Below are positions 34,595 through 44,600 of a DNA stretch of 64,000 nucleotides, one piece after another. Location of the stretch: positions 19,028 to 83,027 of the forward strand of contig CAMDCV010000016.1 in NCBI GenBank assembly GCA_945890645.1. Reading direction: 5' to 3'. Numbering within the stretch: position 1 is the first letter of the stretch; every line of letters starts with the position of its first letter. Made by a program: the position numbers and the translations under genes. The notes beneath the pieces are model-generated. The model was given only the letters and a program-made list of their open reading frames with translations, had not been told where the DNA came from and did not search any database. Origin of the DNA: Akkermansia muciniphila. GTDB lineage: Bacteria > Verrucomicrobiota > Verrucomicrobiia > Verrucomicrobiales > Akkermansiaceae.

Positions 34595-37500
34595 TTAAAT
34601 TTCTTCGGAGTTGAGCCAGCGGAATGAGATGATGGTGAATTTTCTGCCAAATGTGGAGTTGGCCAGAGTGAGATTTTCCGAGGCTTCGGGAGCATCAGTA
34701 GAATTCACGTATTCAGGAACACGTTGCACGACTGCCTCGCACCACGATTTTGCGAGAATGGTTCCGCTGGCATCGCGATGGTCGCCGTAGGCGCGGATGC
34801 AAAAGGTATCCCCGCGCACGGTGATTTGCGGGCCCAGTGCGTTGAGAATTGCGGCTTGGCTGAGAAAACCCGCGCTGCCGATTGCGCGCGCGGGTGCGGG
34901 TTCATTTGTAAGAGTATCTTTGCCAGCTAAAACGGCGATGTTCGCGGGAGCCAAATCGCGGCCAGGTCCTTTGTATCGATTGTTTAGGCCTGACTTGTCG
35001 ATTGCGGATTGCAAGGCTCCCAGTGCTTGGTGTGTGGCATCGGAGCTGTTCGGTCTGCGATTGACGAAGTCGGTCATGCTCAGGAACGGACCACGGGACT
35101 TTACTTCTACTACGATAGCTTTGGCGAGCGTGTCGATTTCCGTATCAGTAAGGTCGCGCAACCCGGCCCAGTCGTTGGTCGGTGAGTTGTTGTAGGCGTA
35201 TCCCAAGGTGCCCAATGGGTTTCCGAACTGTTGTTTCGCACCTCCATTCACGAACAATTGCTGTTCGCGAACACTAGAGAGCAAGGCTTTCCATGCGTCT
35301 AACGAAGTAGAATTGACATTAAATGCTCCATCGACGAGCAAGTGTGCCGGTAGTTTTTTGATAGCAGAGGGCTTCAGAAGATCGCTGTCAAAAAGTTCAT
35401 CCAAGGTAGCTTCGAGCGACTTTGTTTGATGGTATAGAAAACGTTGGTTTTTGAGTTTAGCTTTGCTCAAAGCGAACTCGCGGAATTGCTCGCGCGGGCT
35501 GCGATTGTCTGTGGCCCATGAGCCAGAGGGTAACGAGCGAGCATCGACAATACCCGACAGAAACCAAGAGTCCCACAAAGCAGTATTGACCATCCACGAA
35601 GGGTCGGTGTCGGTGCCATTGAATACGGTATTTGAGTTGATAAACGGGCTGGACCAGGAGTTGCCGATGGTTTTCGCCATAGCGGGCAAACTATTTGCAT
35701 TCCCGGTAAAAGCATTGCCTGGCGCGGCAAAGCGCTGCACCAATCCGGATGCAATCGCGTGTTCAAAGGCTCCGAGCGATAGCGGGGCGGCGAGAGGGAT
35801 ACGGCGCTTGATGACGTTGATACTTCCTCCTAATCCTAGTTCTCGCGCGCCGCCATGATAGAGGTTTCGTCCACCCACGCCAGCCGCCATGGTTCGGTCG
35901 CTACCAAATTCATAGTCCATCGGTTCGGCGATCACAACTAGTTGGGAATTTTGCATCGTGAGGTTCGTATTTTGCGCTGAAGTTGTCGATACTACCATGG
36001 TGTTAATCGCAGGTTCATGGAGATAGTAGGCACGAGAGGCAAAGGCGTTTGGTGGCAGAAGGCCGACGCGGCTTTTTTCCACGTTAGGCATGGTGGTTGC
36101 CATCAGGACCGGCAGGGGAGTTCCGATGAACTCACTGATCATCAGGTTCTGCGGGGGGCGAATCGAACTTGGCATGTAGGTGCTGATCGGCGCGCTGGTT
36201 AGCACACTGCCCCCACCGCCGGCGAGCCGGTGCGTGCTGATACCGGTGTCCGAGCCGCCGGAGGCGTTTCTGATTTTGGCATAACAAGAAATCCATCCAC
36301 TGGGTGTGCTTCCGACGTTTGTGGGGGCGGGGATCATCGTGAAATCCATGGTGTCGCCGGGCAGCAAACCAGTGGCACGGAGGCCGTCAGTTGCGGGGTT
36401 GAAGTTATTGTCCGAGTCCCATCTTTTATCAGCGATGCGCAATCCGCCACGAGGCACATAGCCACGCGTCAGGTTGACGCTCTCTGATGATGTGTCGGTG
36501 GTGGAAGCGCCAAAAACGCCCGCCTCTCCGGGTTCGAGAGTGAAGCCCCCACTGATGGACGATCTGAAGTAGGGGTAATTGATCGCTTGGGCGGTGTGCG
36601 AGTGTCTGACGGTGCCGTTAGCCCGGCGGATGTTCCACCTGGGTCTGTAGGGGAAACCTTCCATCTCCATGCGGAGAAGCACGCTGGCGGGCCAGACGAT
36701 GGGAATGTCGTTGGGGTTCGAGTTGACGACCATTGCGTCAATCATAGCGGCGATGCTATAGGTGCCCGGCGCGGCACCCTGCGCAGCGTCCGGCTCCGCG
36801 ATGAAGGATAGCATGACGCTTTGCGCCTCCATCTTCGGTTTGCGGTAGAGGAAGAAGCGGTCCTGAATCATCGCCTCCCTGCTGTTCTTGTTCACCAATT
36901 GAGGTTTCCCGGTGCTCCAATCGACCTCGCGATGGAGTTGATGGAAGAGGTGGAGTTCCTCAAGGTTGATGCCCCAGCGATCCGCTCCCGCCGCGTTCGC
37001 GGGCAAGCCTGGTGTGCTTGATATCGCGCCAGCATCGGTTATTTCAAAGCGGTTCATACGACCATCAGCGAGATACAGGGGTTTATTTTCCAATTCCGCG
37101 ACGGGTCTGCTGAGCAGATTGGTCAGGTCTCTTTTGAGATGACCCGCTCGCACATCGGCAAGCACACCAGCAGAATGCACGGTAATGTCGTGATTGATGT
37201 TGCCTATCCCGCGCGGACCGATGGCTGCGGCGAGATTGACGACGCCATTAGTGATGGCCATCGATCGTTGCCCGGTTTTCCATTTGAACTCATCGAGTTC
37301 CGCAATCGATTGATGATTGATGTGTGGGGGGGATTGCGAGTCGAATAAGGGGTTCGATGCCAACGCTGTATCGGGCCCTGCGTTGATTTTGGCTTTCGTG
37401 GATTCGTCTGCGACCCACCAAGCGAATTGTCCCTGATTTTTCCCGACAGTCAAACGATGAGTCGGAGCGCTGACATGATCTTCAGGAACCGCTGTGGACC

Positions 37501-37960
37501 CGAGACTGTTTTGTCCCACCAACTTGACAATATCACCGGATCCGGCTGGACCTCCGGTCGCTTGATTGGCTCCTGATAAAAGCCAGCGACGAAACGTGGG
37601 AGTCCGCGTTGTCGGCGACTCGGCTGTTGCTGGATCTACAGGGCGTTTCCACGCATCATAGACGGCAGTCCAGTGAGGTTGCCCACCGTTTGCCGACGAG
37701 CCAACATCGTGAGGAGAGGAAATGCGTGTGTCAGGGCCCATTTCTTTTTGTAATTCACCGATCGCCATCATCAGGGAGAGTCGTGCGTTGGCGCGCGCCA
37801 TGGCATGAGCTTCGCCTCGCGAGGAGGAGCGCAGGGTGACGCTAGATAGAGAGAGAATGCCAAGTGCGATGATTGTTAACAAGAACATCACAGAAAGAAC
37901 AATGATCAACGCGAAGCCGCGCTTAGTGAAAGGGACTCGAGCGTCTCTTGGAATCTGCAT
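34595..37960 (-). CDS. giant (1121 aa) GspK-like minor-pseudopilin-type protein
   Basis: N-terminus FTKRGFALIIVLSVMFLLTIIALGILSL is prepilin-like with no Glu at +5, as in GspK. Near the C-terminus, LTDTEIDTLAKAIVVEVKSRGPFLSMTDFVNRR is the helix-hairpin-helix-like segment typical of GspK. Confidence 0.7.
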   Translation of the reverse strand: MQIPRDARVPFTKRGFALIIVLSVMFLLTIIALGILSLSSVTLRSSSRGEAHAMARANARLSLMMAIGELQKEMGPDTRISSPHDVGSSANGGQPHWTAVYDAWKRPVDPATAESPTTRTPTFRRWLLSGANQATGGPAGSGDIVKLVGQNSLGSTAVPEDHVSAPTHRLTVGKNQGQFAWWVADESTKAKINAGPDTALASNPLFDSQSPPHINHQSIAELDEFKWKTGQRSMAITNGVVNLAAAIGPRGIGNINHDITVHSAGVLADVRAGHLKRDLTNLLSRPVAELENKPLYLADGRMNRFEITDAGAISSTPGLPANAAGADRWGINLEELHLFHQLHREVDWSTGKPQLVNKNSREAMIQDRFFLYRKPKMEAQSVMLSFIAEPDAAQGAAPGTYSIAAMIDAMVVNSNPNDIPIVWPASVLLRMEMEGFPYRPRWNIRRANGTVRHSHTAQAINYPYFRSSISGGFTLEPGEAGVFGASTTDTSSESVNLTRGYVPRGGLRIADKRWDSDNNFNPATDGLRATGLLPGDTMDFTMIPAPTNVGSTPSGWISCYAKIRNASGGSDTGISTHRLAGGGGSVLTSAPISTYMPSSIRPPQNLMISEFIGTPLPVLMATTMPNVEKSRVGLLPPNAFASRAYYLHEPAINTMVVSTTSAQNTNLTMQNSQLVVIAEPMDYEFGSDRTMAAGVGGRNLYHGGARELGLGGSINVIKRRIPLAAPLSLGAFEHAIASGLVQRFAAPGNAFTGNANSLPAMAKTIGNSWSSPFINSNTVFNGTDTDPSWMVNTALWDSWFLSGIVDARSLPSGSWATDNRSPREQFREFALSKAKLKNQRFLYHQTKSLEATLDELFDSDLLKPSAIKKLPAHLLVDGAFNVNSTSLDAWKALLSSVREQQLFVNGGAKQQFGNPLGTLGYAYNNSPTNDWAGLRDLTDTEIDTLAKAIVVEVKSRGPFLSMTDFVNRRPNSSDATHQALGALQSAIDKSGLNNRYKGPGRDLAPANIAVLAGKDTLTNEPAPARAIGSAGFLSQAAILNALGPQITVRGDTFCIRAYGDHRDASGTILAKSWCEAVVQRVPEYVNSTDAPEASENLTLANSTFGRKFTIISFRWLNSEEI

Positions 37961-38243
37961 GGGTTTTAAGGGGTGGGTTAACGTTTGTCTCGTTGAAAAA
38001 ATAAGGAGTCACACTGCTTAGAGTGACTGTGAACTTATGCAACGGAGACAGTACTACCTATCAAAATTATCATACATTGCAAATACAAAAGTAGCAATTT
38101 GGTGAATAATGTTCGCTGCGTTAAGATCTATTTTTTTAACGAGTCATTTCCCCAACCCCATAGATTCATCAGTCATGAACCCACAGAAAATTCTCATGGT
38201 GGTTTTAGCTATGGTTGCGCAACTCAATGCGAAAAAATGATCC

Positions 38244-39521
38244 TTACACGTCGTAGGCCCAGCCATCCCGTGGCTTACGACTTGTGAGGGCGTTCGCTTC
38301 GGCATCGCCGGTGAATTGTTCCTTTACGGGATCCCAGATGAGCTTGCGGCGCAGCTTGTAGCCGATATTGCCGAGGTGGCAAACGCTGGCGGTGCGGTGA
38401 CCGGTCTCAACCGAGCAGATCGGTTCGGTGCGGGTCTTTATGGAATCGAGCCAATTGCGAAAATGGTCTTTAGACGGCATGGCGCGACGATCGGCTGCGG
38501 CGAGTGGGCTACTGAGGATTTCCGGCTTATCGCTTTTCAAAACCCCGCGGTCCACCCAGATGGTACCTTTGGTGCCTTCGAAGGTGCAACCGCTCTCTCC
38601 ACCGTGAAACATCTCGATGCCATTCGCGTAGGTGAATTTTAGACCGGTATCGCCTGTAGCGGGTGGCTCGATGCTGATGGGGCCGCTGCCGTCCATGCCC
38701 ATCGCCCACTGGGCGATATCGAAGTGGTGTGCGCCCATGTCTGCGAGCAATCCACCGGCGAATTCTTCGTACTTGCGGAAGGCGGGGAAGTGGTTGTGCA
38801 TGCCTTTCGGGCAAAGGTCTTCATGGTAGCCGCGCAAGGGTGCGGGGCCCAGCCAGAGATCCCAGTTGACGTTGTCGGGCGTGGGTTGATCGGGAAGATT
38901 GCAAGGAATGGATGGCCCGCCGACGCCGATGCGCACGGTCTTGATGTCGCCGATGCGACCGGCCCAGATCATTTCCACAGCGGTGCGGAAACGTCCGCCA
39001 AATTCACTGCGTTGCTGGCTGCCGGTTTGGAAGATGATGCTATTTATTTTCACTGCATTTACGAGCATGCGCCCTTCAGCGATGGTACGGGTGAGTGGCT
39101 TTTCGCAATAGACATCGAGCTTCTTCTTGGCGGCGGCGAGTGATTGATAAACGTGGAGGTGATCGGGTGTCATGATGACGACGGCATCAAGGTCCTCGCG
39201 CTCTAACAACTCGCGGTAATCGACGTAGGCGGTGCAGCCTTTGTAGCTGCCGGATTTTTGATCAGCGGCGTAGTGTTTCTCGACCACTTCTTTCGCTTTG
39301 GCGAGTCGGGTGCCTTCCACATCACAGACGGCAACGATTCGTATGTCATCCTGTTTGAGCGCGTGTGCCATAACACCGTAAGCGCGTTTGCCGTAGCCGA
39401 TGAAGGCGATGTTCAGTCGGCCATTTTTTGGCGCAGCATAAAGAATCGAAGGTCCAAGAGCGACAGTGGCAAAAGCACCAGCGAGGAGACGTCGACGAGA
39501 AATCAAAGGAAGATGTTGCAT
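38244..39521 (-). CDS. Gfo/Idh/MocA-family oxidoreductase with Tat signal
   Basis: Twin-arginine signal ISRRRLLAGAFATVALG. Rossmann motif NIAFIGYGKRAYG. Motif CEKPLTRT. Confidence 0.88.
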   Translation of the reverse strand: MQHLPLISRRRLLAGAFATVALGPSILYAAPKNGRLNIAFIGYGKRAYGVMAHALKQDDIRIVAVCDVEGTRLAKAKEVVEKHYAADQKSGSYKGCTAYVDYRELLEREDLDAVVIMTPDHLHVYQSLAAAKKKLDVYCEKPLTRTIAEGRMLVNAVKINSIIFQTGSQQRSEFGGRFRTAVEMIWAGRIGDIKTVRIGVGGPSIPCNLPDQPTPDNVNWDLWLGPAPLRGYHEDLCPKGMHNHFPAFRKYEEFAGGLLADMGAHHFDIAQWAMGMDGSGPISIEPPATGDTGLKFTYANGIEMFHGGESGCTFEGTKGTIWVDRGVLKSDKPEILSSPLAAADRRAMPSKDHFRNWLDSIKTRTEPICSVETGHRTASVCHLGNIGYKLRRKLIWDPVKEQFTGDAEANALTSRKPRDGWAYDV

Positions 39522-39692
39522 GTTAAGAAAATGTTACGGAGCAAAGTGGGGCTTCCTATCTGGTGAAGGAGATTTCTATGCAATTCGGGAGCTCAAGTCC
39601 TGTATTTCATAAAAAATGGGGGAGTGAATGAGCGAATGGTATTACAGGCTGGAAGCCCGTCTGCCGAGACAGACAACATGTCTGTCTTCCAT

Positions 39693-41690
39693 TCAAAATG
39701 AAACACCGATGGCGAAATGGAAGGCTCCTGTCGGTTCGCCATCGTCCCGCGTCATGTTGTGACCATATTCCAAACGCACCGGACCAATGGGCAGGTCGGC
39801 GCGGATGCCAAGACCGACGGCAACGTCCATGTTCGAAAAACCGAAGGACGAATAGTCTGCACTGAGATTACCGATGTCCGTGAAAGCCACCGCTTTGATC
39901 GGTCCGGTGATCTGATGAATATACTCGGCATTTGCGATCCAATACGCTTCGCCACCACGGTTTACCTTATCGCTATTGCGTGGTCCTAACTCACGTTCGG
40001 GAAAACTCCGCACTGTATTGGCGCCACCGAGAAAGTAACGCAGGTCGATGGGCAACTCAGTATCAGTGGCAGGAATCAACAGGCCCGATCGCAGTCCGAG
40101 CGCTACGTGATTAGTCTCCTTCACGGGCAGATACCAACTACCGCGCATTTCCCATTTGAAATAACTCGCATTCTCGGTGCCGATCACCGTGCCCACTTCA
40201 CCTGCTATATCGGTGATCCACCCATCGTTAGGCGTGACCTTATTGTTGCGTTTGTCATGGGTCCATGTGAGTCGCACACGGTTGTGGTTGTATTCCGTAG
40301 CCCCCAGATCTGCTGCGGCGATTGAGGTCTCGGTAATGTCCACGTAAGACGATGCCACATACAGAAGCAAGGTATCAAACTCCGTGAGCTCCCACGTGAA
40401 ATCGAACGAGAGCCCCGATTCAAGTTTTTGATAAACATCAAGATCGCGATTGACCGCGAAGAAGCGTGCCCCTGCTCGGACATCATGATCAAAGAGCCAT
40501 GGATCGACAATTCGCGCATCAAACAACAGTCCGCGTGACGATATTTCCAATCCTCCACTGAGATTCCGCAAATTGCCAAGAAAATTCCGGTCGCTGTAGC
40601 CGACGCCTAAGACAGCCCCCTCATAGGTTTCTATTCCCGCATAAGCTTGGTAACTGCGTGCCTTGCCTTCCACCGCTTGCAAGGTGGCATCGAGCAACGT
40701 GCCACTCTCATCCAGTGCTGTCTCCACTCGCAACGATTGAAAAGCGCCAGTGCTCAACAATTTGCGCACTTCCCGCTCCATCCGCGTCGCATCATAGTAT
40801 TTCCCTTCCATGCCATCGAAACGTAACAACACACGCGACTCATTAGTTTTTTCCAAACCCACCACCGTCACCTCGCGGAGTTGATAGCGTTTCCCGAGTT
40901 GAATCGAAAGTTCCGGTTGAAACTTGCCATGAATTGCCTCACCGCTGACACGAATCTGTGCATCAGAGTACCCGTGTTTTCGATAGAGTGCCTCGGTGAT
41001 ACTGCGCACCTGATTGATATTGGCAGTGGTTGCTGGCAAGCCCTGAAGCTTGAGTAGCTTGCGCTGTAAGGTCTTACGATAATGCGGTAGATTGCCGCTA
41101 ATGTGTGGATACTCTAAGGTGTACAGTGCGCCCTGATCAATGCGGATGTGGAAATCGACCTTGCCACTACCATCTGGAGCTGAGCGCGATATCATTTGTG
41201 CATGGGCTTTCCAGTAGCCGCGGGACTGCAACTCTTGGATCATATACGACATGCCTTCCGTGACATCTTCTTCCAAAAAGGGCACTTGCTGTGCAAACGC
41301 TAGCTTCCGTTTCTCCGCAGGGCTGCTGAAGAGGCGTCGCATATGGCGCGTTTGCTTTGCGTCCATTCCCTCAATGGTAATTTCGCCTAGATACTGTCGT
41401 GAACCTTCACGAACCATCAAGCGGATGGTGTTGCTCGACTCGACAACCCCTGTGACGGTAGCATGGGCAAAACCTTGCAACCGCATCAGTCGCTCAAACA
41501 TAAAGGCCGCATCAGACGCACGTGCTGCGGTGGCTGGTTTTTTATTGATCAACTCCAATCGATCGCCCAAAACTTCGCGCGCTTCACCATTACTCATGGA
41601 ATGCAAGCCGCTAAAGCGCACTTCTGCCGCATGGAGTGCAAGGCAGGCACTACTTAGAAAAACCCCAATGATGTTTTTCACGGTGGTCAT
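39693..41690 (-). CDS. Omp85-family outer-membrane protein (TamA/BamA-like, POTRA + beta-barrel)
   Basis: Signal peptide, POTRA-like repeats (YQLREVTVVGLEKTNESRV) and a barrel with RYFLGGANTVRSF. The terminal beta-signal is FHFAIGVSF. The start overlaps the TamB stop (ATGA). Confidence 0.85.
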   Translation of the reverse strand: MTTVKNIIGVFLSSACLALHAAEVRFSGLHSMSNGEAREVLGDRLELINKKPATAARASDAAFMFERLMRLQGFAHATVTGVVESSNTIRLMVREGSRQYLGEITIEGMDAKQTRHMRRLFSSPAEKRKLAFAQQVPFLEEDVTEGMSYMIQELQSRGYWKAHAQMISRSAPDGSGKVDFHIRIDQGALYTLEYPHISGNLPHYRKTLQRKLLKLQGLPATTANINQVRSITEALYRKHGYSDAQIRVSGEAIHGKFQPELSIQLGKRYQLREVTVVGLEKTNESRVLLRFDGMEGKYYDATRMEREVRKLLSTGAFQSLRVETALDESGTLLDATLQAVEGKARSYQAYAGIETYEGAVLGVGYSDRNFLGNLRNLSGGLEISSRGLLFDARIVDPWLFDHDVRAGARFFAVNRDLDVYQKLESGLSFDFTWELTEFDTLLLYVASSYVDITETSIAAADLGATEYNHNRVRLTWTHDKRNNKVTPNDGWITDIAGEVGTVIGTENASYFKWEMRGSWYLPVKETNHVALGLRSGLLIPATDTELPIDLRYFLGGANTVRSFPERELGPRNSDKVNRGGEAYWIANAEYIHQITGPIKAVAFTDIGNLSADYSSFGFSNMDVAVGLGIRADLPIGPVRLEYGHNMTRDDGEPTGAFHFAIGVSF

Positions 41691-44600
41691 TTCATTTTCA
41701 CTTCAAACATGAACAAGGTTCGCGTACGTCCGAGAGCATCCACAGCCCCATACAAAAAATAACGGGAAAACAACGGCATCTTGGCAGACGCATATTTTTT
41801 CCCGGTGTAAGGATCGGGTTCGCCTACTGCCAGTTCGACGTCTTCGAGCTTCGACAACAGCGGCATCAACCGTCGACCTAGTGGCAAACGACCGCGACGA
41901 AATTCTTCGATCAAGAGCTGCGTCGCTTTCCCTTGCGCGGCATCTTGATCGGTGAGGCCAGCCGTCGTGGTGCCGGTGGCGAGAAGAGTCATGATCTCAT
42001 TTTCGGGCAAGGGCGGCTCTGATGAGAGAAGGATTTTCGGCGCAGATACGGGACCATATACATACATGCTTACATCGTAGTTCGACACGCGCGAGGCTCC
42101 ACGGATATCAAGCAAAGGGTCGAGTCCGGCGGCAGCAGTAAACCTCATCTTTCCCGATGTGAGAGTGAGTTTGCTGAGAGGAAGTGAAGCGACAAGGTCC
42201 TGGATCACCGTTTCTCCCACAGGTTGGGGATTGCCCCAAGTGCCACCCACCTTTATTAGGCCTGTGATGGAACCGCGCGCGAGGTTGCCTCGAACTAAAA
42301 ATGGATCATTGGTCTTCAATGTGACCGCGAGAGGCCAATTCGCAAAGGGTAAGGGCAGTGCATTGGCTTTACTTTCCAATTTGGTATCGAGCGCCGGAAG
42401 TGATGCGGCTTGCGGCAAGGTGAAAGGCTTGCCGATGGGAATGATCTCAAAATCTTTGTAGAACACGCTATCGATCAAACCGATCTCTCCACTCGTGCGC
42501 ACGAGATCCCATGGCCCCGCCATGCGTAAATTTGCGTTGGCTCGCGCGATCACCGCATCGTCACGCCACAAGGGTAGAGCATCGCCCCGCAACGTGAAGT
42601 CGAGATTCGGCTTCTTAGGTTCCTTCAAATCAGCCACGCCCTGCACCACGATATTTCCCCCCGCCAATTGCAGGCTGAGCTTTTCCAATTTCACGAGGTG
42701 ATCGGTAAAGGTGAGATTCAGTGATCCATTGGTGATCGGTGGAATTTTTTCGTTAGGCAAGCGTGTGGAAAAGTTTTTCATCGCCAAGGTGCCATTGATG
42801 CGTGGTGCTTTCACTGTGCCATCGATGAGAATGTGTCCATTGATCATGCCCGTCAGTTGTTTGACCTGAGGCACGAGGTCTTGGAACCGAGACAGATCGA
42901 GCTCGGGGATGTCAACACGTGCGTTGATTTTTTCCCCTTCAATCAACTGCACATCTTCCGCCCATGCCCCCGGCCGAAACGGCATCTCGGCTTTGAGTTG
43001 CATGGGAGCTGTGCGCGCGGTGAGCAATAGCCCGCTCACCGAAATTTTGTTAGGCAGTGTGTGTAAATCGACTGACAGATTGAACGCTGGAAGATCACTC
43101 CTAGCGCGACTCTCCACATCCTTGAATTGCAAATTGCCACTGATCGCGGGTTGCGCCGGCGAGCCCGTGATCTGCAAATCAATTTTTGCCGTGCCTGTCA
43201 TTGGCAACTTCGCCTCGGGTTTCATCCACTGTTCTGCTGTTGTTAATGGTAGAGCCTCACTGCTTAAGCTGACCTTGAGTTCCTGCGTCTGCTGAAAAAA
43301 ATCACGAGCCGATTTCACTGACTCTGCCACCGGAATGCTGGCCGTGCCGCGCACTAACATCTGATCATTTTTGCGCAGTTCTAATTCGCGCAATTCGAAT
43401 CGATGATTCTCCCATGTGAGATTCATGCGCGCTTGTTGGTCACCCATGTTCACCTGCAAATTTTCGACATCGGCTTTGCGCGGCCAATCGTAAGCGGCTC
43501 GTCCCGACGCCTTCAAATCATCGGAACCGGTGCGTTTCCACGTGAAGGCTTCGATCATCGCCTCACCCGTATGCAGATTTTCTTTGATCAGACCGCTACC
43601 CTGCCATTTCACGCTAGCGTTCATGCCTTGTGGTAGCTCGGTTCCCAACCATGCCACCCAGGGTTGATAGACTTGCGGGTCGAGTTCTTTCACGGAAACT
43701 TCGGCACTATATTTCATCGCCTCGGTCTCCAGCGAGCCCTTGGCTTGAAGAGCGCCTGAGCCTCCCTCAAATGTAAAATTTTTCCCCTGAGGGGATCGTG
43801 CCGTCACACTTAAGGAAGGATGCTTTTGATCTAACGATTTTACGTCGATTTGCGCATCAAGAGGCCCGATAGTCGAACCATCGATACGCATCGATCCTTG
43901 AACACGCAGTGCCGAGGCGGGAGGCGCTACCGCATCGAGTGGACGTTTGATGCCGAGTTGTGGCGATAGATTTTCTAACAAATTTTTCAATTCGGGGATG
44001 CCTACGTCACAGACGACCGAGGCGCGTTGCCACTCTTCTTTCGCGGTTGGATTTTGATTCCACAGTACTTGAGCCTTGGCATCCACGACTCCCTCGTATC
44101 CTGCGATACGCGCCACCAGATCTCCTTTTTCTGCTACCTTGGTAAGCGTGAGATCGATGTCATCCAGCTTCCATTGTTGCCACTGCAGTGCCTGCATTTT
44201 AGTCTGCAAGCTGAGATCGAAGAGCATCGGTGGCGGAGATGCGTCACCAAAGATCGGCAGATTTTCCGGTTCGACGCGCAAGGTTAAAGCCGTGATATTT
44301 CCCTGAGCGGGAAGTGGCTCTGTTAGGTAAGGCTGAAGTTGCGTCAAACTCCATGGCTGACCCGTCATTAACAAATCGATGCGTTGAAAATCTTCCGTCG
44401 TCTGCAAGTCGAACAGCGACTCCGCAACACCAAGCCGCAGTTGCAAGGAGGGCCGTAAATTTTCAGGTGCCGAGAATTGGATGTTTTCGAAGCGCAAAGT
44501 GTCATCGTAGCGAAATTGTTCGATCAAAAAGCGATCGGGTAACCACGTGACTTCCAAAGTCTGACCGGGGATGTTTCTTTTCTCTGGCAGTTGCCAGTCC

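Noticed and set aside
37992-38028. Hairpin AGTCAC...GTGACT followed, on the minus strand, by CCTTATTTTTTC, about 45 nt upstream of the GspK-like gene
   Set aside because: The stem is only 6 bp with a 10-nt loop. It could be a weak terminator for the upstream oxidoreductase or a leader element, but the evidence is too thin to annotate.
38175-38240. 21-codon hydrophobic ORF (MNPQKILMVVLAMVAQLNAKK) on the plus strand between two minus-strand genes
   Set aside because: It has no Shine-Dalgarno-like sequence, is very short, and lies in an AT-rich spacer where such ORFs arise by chance.
39667-39687. Perfect 8-bp hairpin AGACAGAC-aacat-GTCTGTCT immediately after the Omp85 gene stop
   Set aside because: There is no U-tract on the relevant (minus) strand, so it cannot be called an intrinsic terminator. 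I am recording it only.
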